Position numbers and translations under genes: made by a program. 64,000 bases of DNA from positions 4,405 to 68,404 of the forward strand of contig MGEK01000023.1 in assembly GCA_001791325.1 (NCBI GenBank), given 5' to 3'. The notes under the pieces are model-generated. The model saw nothing but the letters and a program-made list of their open reading frames with translations. It was not told the origin of the DNA and searched no databases. This stretch comes from Candidatus Uhrbacteria bacterium RIFCSPLOWO2_01_FULL_47_25 (lineage in GTDB: Bacteria; Patescibacteriota; Patescibacteriia; GWA2-46-9). Every line of letters starts with the position of its first letter. The first letter of the stretch is position 1. This document shows, in pieces, positions 57,397-64,000 of the stretch.

Positions 57397-58137
57397 TCAC
57401 TTTTGCTTCTTTAATTGTACAGGTAAAAAGAAGTAAAAGGTAGAGCCATCTCCGAGGTTGCTCTCAAACCAAATTTTACCGCCGCTTTGTTCAATAATGG
57501 CCTTAGTGATAAATAGTCCTAATCCGGACCCAGTCGGCAGTAATTCAATGGCTTTGCGGCCTCTGTAGAATTTTGAAAAAATTTTCTTTTGCTCCTCCTT
57601 GGAAATTCCAATTCCGTTATCTTGACAAGAAAAAATAATCTTTTGCCCAACCTTCTTTAATCTTATTATTATTTCACCACGACCTTGTTCATAGCGCATG
57701 GCGTTATCAATAATATTATTGACGGCTTGCTGAATTTTAGTCGCATCAACACTAACGAGAGGGATTTCTCCCTCGGGCATAAAAGAAATAGAAGCATTGG
57801 TCGCGCGGGCAAACGTCGCGACATTATCAATTGTGTCTTTGATGAGTTTAACTAAATCGGTCGGCTGTATATTAAGTTTCAGTTCTTTTTGGTCAATTCT
57901 CGCGGCATCCAATAAATCTTTCACTAAAGATACCATTCTATCCACCTCGTCTAAGGCTATGTGCAAATATTCCTGCTGATTTTTAGTTAAAGCACCTAGC
58001 TGGCCGGATAATATTACTTCAAGAGATGATTTAATGCCAGCTAATGGAGATTTTAATTGATGGGCTATGATTGAGGTTACCTCAGATCTGATATCATGCT
58101 CCGGGGTACTTCTTTTTTTATGTTGATGGTGTGGCAT
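57397..58137 (-). CDS. Histidine kinase (HisKA + HATPase only)
   Basis: HQLKSPL, NIIDNA, DNGIG, GSGLGL. No sensor domain or TM. Confidence 0.92.
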   Translation of the reverse strand: MPHHQHKKRSTPEHDIRSEVTSIIAHQLKSPLAGIKSSLEVILSGQLGALTKNQQEYLHIALDEVDRMVSLVKDLLDAARIDQKELKLNIQPTDLVKLIKDTIDNVATFARATNASISFMPEGEIPLVSVDATKIQQAVNNIIDNAMRYEQGRGEIIIRLKKVGQKIIFSCQDNGIGISKEEQKKIFSKFYRGRKAIELLPTGSGLGLFITKAIIEQSGGKIWFESNLGDGSTFYFFLPVQLKKQK

Positions 58138-58138
58138 T

Positions 58139-59827
58139 CTACTCTTTGGTTACACGAATTACTTCAGTGAGGGTGGTAATGCCATTCAAAACCTTAACGA
58201 CCCCGTCTTCCAACATAGTAGTCATTCCCTGACGACGCGCCGCCGCCATAATCACATCACTAGACGCCCGTTCAATAATTAACGGCCTGATATTTTCATT
58301 CATTTCTAAAACTTCAAAAATTCCAATCCGGCCTTGATAACCGGTACGACCGCACACCTTACAGCCCGGGCCGCGGTAAAGACGCAAAGAAGAAAGATTC
58401 TTCGTTTTTTTACGAATGCATTCATTCAGGGACGGCTCGGCCGCGATAAGTTTTTTCTCCTCATTAGTTAAGATGTATGAAGCGCGACAGGCGGAGCAAA
58501 TTTTTCTGACCAACCTTTGAGCAATTGCCACATTGACCGTTGAGGCCAATAGAAACGGCTCAATACCCATATCTAATAATCGCGGTAAAGTAGTAGCGGC
58601 ATCATTGGCGTGCAAGGTGGAAAGGACGAGATGCCCGGTCATGGCGGAATTCACCGCGATACCCGCTGTTTCCTCGTCCCTGATTTCACCAACCATAATA
58701 ATATCCGGATCTTGCCTCACAATAGACCGCAATCCCTTAGCGAAAGTCAGATTGGTTTTTAGATTCACCTGAATCTGACTGACGCCCTCAATATCGTACT
58801 CAACAGGATCTTCAATGGTGGCGATATTAACGCCTCTGGTGTTCAAAATTTTCAAAACCGCGTACACCGTAGTCGTTTTGCCGGAACCGGTTGGACCGGT
58901 AACCAACGCCATACCATGCGGTTTTTTAATGGCTCGCTTCACTTTTTCCAAATCACTATCCGATAACCCCAAATCAGATAAACCGAATTGCCGACTATTC
59001 GCGGAAAGAATGCGCATCACCACATTTTCTCCGTGACTAACCGGCACAATAGAAACTCTAACATCTACTCCCTCCTGATCCGCCTTAAACTGAAACCTGC
59101 CATCTTGTGCCGCTCGATGTTCGTCAGTTGGCAAACGGGAAAGAATTTTAATCCGAATCAGAATTAATTCAAATAAATCGCGCGGTAAATGCAAGACGTC
59201 GTGTAAAATACCATCAATGCGAAAACGGCAAAGCGCCTCTTTGGCGTAAGGTTCAAGGTGAATATCTGAAGCCCTGTTTTGATAGGCATAATTAAGCAAG
59301 AGATCAACCGTTTCAACCACTAGCTGATCATACTGCTCACGCGACAGGGCGGTGGCCTGAGCCCTCTCAAGCAAACCCGCAAAGGCATCGGACAAACTTG
59401 GACGATATCTATCCAGAGCGATTTCCAAATCGCGTCTAGTCACATAATAAGGAATGACTGGCTCTCCCAATCTCTTTTCAATAAGATGCTTCGTTTCAAT
59501 GTTGTCCGGATGCACCATGGCCAAACGGATACCTTCGGCGGTTCTGTCAATAGCAGCTACGCCCTGTGATTTTGCCACCAATTCAGGAATCAGGCGTACA
59601 ATATCATCGTCAATACGCTCTTGGCTAAGATTCATAAAAGTCCAGCCCGAAGCCTCGGCGATAACCTCTCCCAATTGCTCGTCTTTTATTAAATCCTTAT
59701 CAATTAGTACCTCCTCTACATCACGATTTTTATCCTTGGCTTCGCTTAAGGCCGCTGTAAAATCCGCTTCTGATACATAGCCCGGTGGAACCAGTAATTG
59801 CCGCAATTTTTCTGGAGTGATGGTCAT
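58139..59827 (-). CDS. pilB: Type IV pilus assembly ATPase PilB/GspE
   Basis: ASDIHLEP, GPTGSGKTTT, RQDPDIIMVGEIRD, Cys-pair zinc motif. Confidence 0.96.
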   Translation of the reverse strand: MTITPEKLRQLLVPPGYVSEADFTAALSEAKDKNRDVEEVLIDKDLIKDEQLGEVIAEASGWTFMNLSQERIDDDIVRLIPELVAKSQGVAAIDRTAEGIRLAMVHPDNIETKHLIEKRLGEPVIPYYVTRRDLEIALDRYRPSLSDAFAGLLERAQATALSREQYDQLVVETVDLLLNYAYQNRASDIHLEPYAKEALCRFRIDGILHDVLHLPRDLFELILIRIKILSRLPTDEHRAAQDGRFQFKADQEGVDVRVSIVPVSHGENVVMRILSANSRQFGLSDLGLSDSDLEKVKRAIKKPHGMALVTGPTGSGKTTTVYAVLKILNTRGVNIATIEDPVEYDIEGVSQIQVNLKTNLTFAKGLRSIVRQDPDIIMVGEIRDEETAGIAVNSAMTGHLVLSTLHANDAATTLPRLLDMGIEPFLLASTVNVAIAQRLVRKICSACRASYILTNEEKKLIAAEPSLNECIRKKTKNLSSLRLYRGPGCKVCGRTGYQGRIGIFEVLEMNENIRPLIIERASSDVIMAAARRQGMTTMLEDGVVKVLNGITTLTEVIRVTKE

Positions 59828-59899
59828 AAATACTATTGATATTTTATCACACGATCTTAGTAATTCAAAATCAATGGCTGCTGCCCATGCGAACGCCCT

Positions 59900-59928
59900 A
59901 GCCTAACACAAATCTCCACGCCCGTCAA
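59900..59928 (-). promoter_or_regulatory. Probable promoter of the pilus operon
   Basis: TTGACG, 17 bp spacer, (TGn)TAGGCT. Confidence 0.55.
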
Positions 59929-60001
59929 TGGCATGGCACCCCATTGCCTAGATGATATATTTTTCAATAATTCGTCTGTTACTATACTTGAAAGTATGAT
60001 A

Positions 60002-60210
60002 GTGAAGCTCCACGACTTTACCCCGCACCGCGGGGTGGCCTCCCCAAAAATTTGGGGTGGAGCGAAACCCCGCACCGTCCGCCCGGGGCGGACTGGTGCG
60101 TTGGGTAAAACTCCATGGACTTAATCCCTGCCCGACGGCTAACACGACCCCGAGGCATATAGCCTCTTTCCACGCACTTCGTCTAAGGCCTGCTTGCCAC
60201 GAAAAAAGCT
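60002..60210. mobile_element. Composite of family B ends and family C-like hairpin
   Basis: GTGAAGCTCCACGACTTTACCCCGC..., CCCCGCACC..GGTGCG, and CCTCTTTCCACGCACTTCGTC (compare GACGAAGCGTGTGGAGAGG at ~31287-31305). Confidence 0.68.
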
Positions 60211-60263
60211 CCCTATACATATCTCAGCAACCTTTTCCTAATTATTCTCTTTTGAAAAATATT

Positions 60264-61523
60264 TTATATAAAAATGGTAGAAATTAAGGCAAGGCCAGCA
60301 ACCGCCATAATCACGGCCGCCAAAGAGCCCATAACATTTGAAAACCGCGAATTTACGTAATGCCCCATAATATCTCGCCTCTTGGCAATCAGTATTATCA
60401 ATACCATAAGAGGCGGAGCGATTAAGCCGTTAAGAACCGCCGTATAATATAACATCTTAAACGGCGGCACTGATAAAAAATTGACCAAGAGACCAGCGAC
60501 CGTCGCAATAATGATGACGCCATAAAAACCATGAGCTTTTACTAATTTGCGGTAAAGACCAGAACGCCAGCCCAACGCTTCAGATACCGCATATGACGCT
60601 GAACCAGCCAAAATCGGAATAGCCAAAAGGCCGGTACCAATAATCCCCAGAGCAAAAAGCACAAAAGTGAAATCGCCGGCCAATGGCCTGAGCGCCTCAG
60701 CGGCCTCCGCCGCCGTGGCTATATCTGTAATTCCTTGTCCACCCAAAGTAGCGGCCGTAGTCAGAATAATGAAAAACATAACTAAGTTTGAAAAAAACAT
60801 TCCCATCACTGTATCAAGACGCATATCTTTAATATCTTTAAAACCCACTCGCGGCCTGCCTTGATCCATTTCTTTAAGTTTATGATGAGCAACTTCTTCT
60901 TCTACTTCTTCACTCGCCTGCCAAAAGAAAAGGTAAGGCGAAATGGTTGTGCCTAAAATAGCAACGATATTCAAGAGATACTGCTCATTAAAAACAATAT
61001 GTGGAATAACCGTGGCGTACAGCGCTGCCCCCCAATCTTGTTTGACAATAATAGCGGTGATAAAATAAGCAAACAATGAAAAGGTGAGATATTTTAAAAA
61101 CCGAGCATACACTTGATAGGAAACGAAAATCTCAAGCAAGACCGTCAAAATGGTAATGATAAGAAGCCATAGCACGAACGGCAAACCAAACACCAACTGC
61201 ACAACAGCCGCCATGGCACCCAAATCGGCGCCAATATTGATAACATTAGCAATAAGCAACAGACCAACAGTAAAATATAAAACTTTTTTGGAATAATGTT
61301 GCTTAATGATAGCGGCTAGGCCACGGCCGGTCACAAGGCCAATTCTCCCGACCATCTCCTGAATCACTGCCATAAATGGAAAAGAGAATGGCGCGGTCCA
61401 AAGCTGTTGATAGCCAAACTGCGCTCCTGTTTGTGAATAGGTGGCGATACCAGACGGATCATCGTCAGAAGCTCCAGTGATGAATCCGGGGCCGAGTTTT
61501 CTATAAAGCACGGTTAACCTCAT
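60264..61523 (-). CDS. NRAMP-family divalent metal transporter
   Basis: GPGFITGASDDDPSGI, GTTISPYLFFWQ. Confidence 0.92.
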   Translation of the reverse strand: MRLTVLYRKLGPGFITGASDDDPSGIATYSQTGAQFGYQQLWTAPFSFPFMAVIQEMVGRIGLVTGRGLAAIIKQHYSKKVLYFTVGLLLIANVINIGADLGAMAAVVQLVFGLPFVLWLLIITILTVLLEIFVSYQVYARFLKYLTFSLFAYFITAIIVKQDWGAALYATVIPHIVFNEQYLLNIVAILGTTISPYLFFWQASEEVEEEVAHHKLKEMDQGRPRVGFKDIKDMRLDTVMGMFFSNLVMFFIILTTAATLGGQGITDIATAAEAAEALRPLAGDFTFVLFALGIIGTGLLAIPILAGSASYAVSEALGWRSGLYRKLVKAHGFYGVIIIATVAGLLVNFLSVPPFKMLYYTAVLNGLIAPPLMVLIILIAKRRDIMGHYVNSRFSNVMGSLAAVIMAVAGLALISTIFI

Positions 61524-61606
61524 ATCGCACTAGGTTCTAGATTTTAACACCGCTGAATCCGTATGCTTCTAATATCTTAACGGCACACGAACTAATTTGT
61601 GTTAGA

Positions 61607-62062
61607 TTATTCCTGCAGTATCCCCTCCGACCCAACTCCATGGTGCCCGCGATGGCGGGCGCGCTTAGCAACCTTGAGGCGCGCCATAGATTTTTCAAGT
61701 TCAGCCACTGCATCGGCAAATGCTTCTTCATCGCGACGCTTGCCATTCATGAGTTGCCGCGCTCTCGCACGGGCTTCTTCGGCGCGTTTAATATCAATTT
61801 CTTCCGCTTTTTCAGCGCTATCAGCCAACACCACTACTTCATTGTTTTTTCTCACTTCAATAAAACCGCCGGAGACAGCCATATGTGTTATGTCATTGCC
61901 GCGCTTCACAACCAACGCCCCAGGGACAAGCTGACTCACTAGTGAAATATGATTTGGCAAAATGGTAATCTCGCCCATGCTGGTCGGCACGGTCACTTGA
62001 TCTACCTCTTCTTTATAAACTGTTCTTTCGGGAGTTGTGATTTCGAAATGGAGTTGAGCCAT
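61607..62062 (-). CDS. atpC: ATP synthase F1 epsilon subunit
   Basis: ITTPE, GEITILPNH, SGGFIEV. Confidence 0.95.
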   Translation of the reverse strand: MAQLHFEITTPERTVYKEEVDQVTVPTSMGEITILPNHISLVSQLVPGALVVKRGNDITHMAVSGGFIEVRKNNEVVVLADSAEKAEEIDIKRAEEARARARQLMNGKRRDEEAFADAVAELEKSMARLKVAKRARHRGHHGVGSEGILQE

Positions 62063-62108
62063 AAGCCATTAATGATATTGCCGCATCTACAAGCTTAAGG
62101 CTTATAGC

Positions 62109-63811
<1,703 letters not shown>

Positions 63812-63837
63812 ACAATGCTACTTTAACACAATATAGA

Positions 63838-64000
<163 letters not shown>

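Noticed and set aside
59872-59946. c-di-GMP riboswitch upstream of pilB
   Set aside because: The GEMM consensus (GGCAAAC..GAAA..GACGCAAA) is not present on the sense strand, and a promoter explains the sequence better.

Overview
This 64-kb window looks like chromosomal DNA from a Patescibacteria/CPR (Parcubacteria/ABY1-like) bacterium. That call is inferred from gene content and style; the standard code 11 is used, with TGA as a stop. Almost every gene is on the minus strand. In order: an ECF-sigma/MacAB-like/amidase/M23 envelope cluster, a lone hisG, hup, rsmI, trxB, mreBCD-mrdA, proS, a large surface protein, rseP, frr, holB, a plus-strand archease-rtcB pair, a CsoR-controlled copper/thiol-redox island with cfa, htpX-lemA, a type IV pilus cluster containing a two-component pair, an NRAMP transporter and the end of the atp operon. 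I recognised no rRNA, tRNA, CRISPR array or transposase. The most striking signal is in the non-coding DNA, which holds several families of small palindromic elements. (A) ~138-bp elements with CCCCGTTAGA...TCTAACGGGG termini abut start or stop codons and keep a fixed orientation relative to transcription. (B) IS200/IS605-like end-only elements. (C) A CCCGCACC-ended element inserted in-frame in a signal peptide. (D) 20-40-bp GC-rich hairpins nested inside the other families and inside genes. (E) Inverted arrays of 7-9-bp tandem repeats that supply gene termini. Also notable are an intact-looking His-codon attenuator upstream of a decaying his operon (hisG plus hisI-like and ACT-like remnants) and a naturally circularly permuted DsbA-family protein.
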